From Vezdaea acicularis (taxonomy: Eukaryota), in NCBI GenBank assembly GCA_026025075.1, contig JAPEUI010000038.1:62001-126000 (forward strand): DNA of 64,000 nt, written 5' to 3'. Made by a program: the position numbers and the translations under genes. This document shows positions 63,527 to 64,000 of this stretch, piece by piece. Position 1 is the first letter of the stretch. Each line of letters begins with the position of its first letter. The notes under the pieces are model-generated. The model was not told the origin of the DNA, did no database searches, and saw only the letters and a program-made list of their open reading frames with translations.

Positions 63527-64000
63527 TGCGGATTGGACGGAAGCATGGGCCGGTCGCGACGGACGCGAGCACGATAGGGTTTTCGATGGAACGTGTCCAA
63601 CGTCAAAGATCGGGCGAGGGGGGGTGAGAGCGTAAACGCGGAGTGCTGGGCGCCGGAGCGCCGGCGCGCGAGAGTGCGAGAGCGCGATGAGGAAGGAAGG
63701 ACCGCAGCTGCGACCCGGAGTCCCTTCCGTTCGGTCGGGCCTCGTTGGTCGGCAGGTGCGGAGGGTACTTGGGGGTGGGCGAATGGGGTGGCACACGTGT
63801 GGGCGCGATGGCGGTAGCGTCACGTTACAATCCCTCGATAGGGCGTTAGGGTGTTTCGAAAAGAAGGCACAGAGGTGCGCAGCGGTGCACCGACGTGCGC
63901 GGCGGACGCAGCGCGCGCACGCTGAGAGGGGGAGCCGATCCACGAACCTGAGGAGGATGACGAGAGACGAGAGGTCCCGACGGCGGATGATTGGTCCGCC

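Overview
Gene-dense, intron-containing genomic DNA from a filamentous ascomycete (Pezizomycotina-type genes, short GT-AG introns with CTRAY branch points); about 21 protein-coding genes and no recognisable tRNA, rRNA, CRISPR array or transposon. The first ~7.5 kb looks accessory. It holds a fungal NLR-like immune receptor (alpha/beta-hydrolase SesB-like N-terminus with an AHCYGG nucleophile elbow, NB-ARC, and near-identical 126-bp TPR repeats running off the left edge). A DUF6601-like membrane protein lies head-to-head with the NLR, followed by a GC-rich beta-propeller enzyme. The rest is core genome: SMC1, ATP16, NAT3, a patatin lipase, a PDX1 lacking its lipoyl domain, a DUF2457-like protein, SAR1, PP1, NTO1-like, an RRM protein, YTA7, PDE2, an Rdx/SelW-like protein, G-gamma, a PFK2/FBPase2-like protein, CWC22, DPM2, 6-phosphogluconolactonase and three hypotheticals. 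The NLR (NB-ARC/TPR part) and DPM2 are absent from the ORF track and were read manually. All family calls are by motif recognition, not database search.
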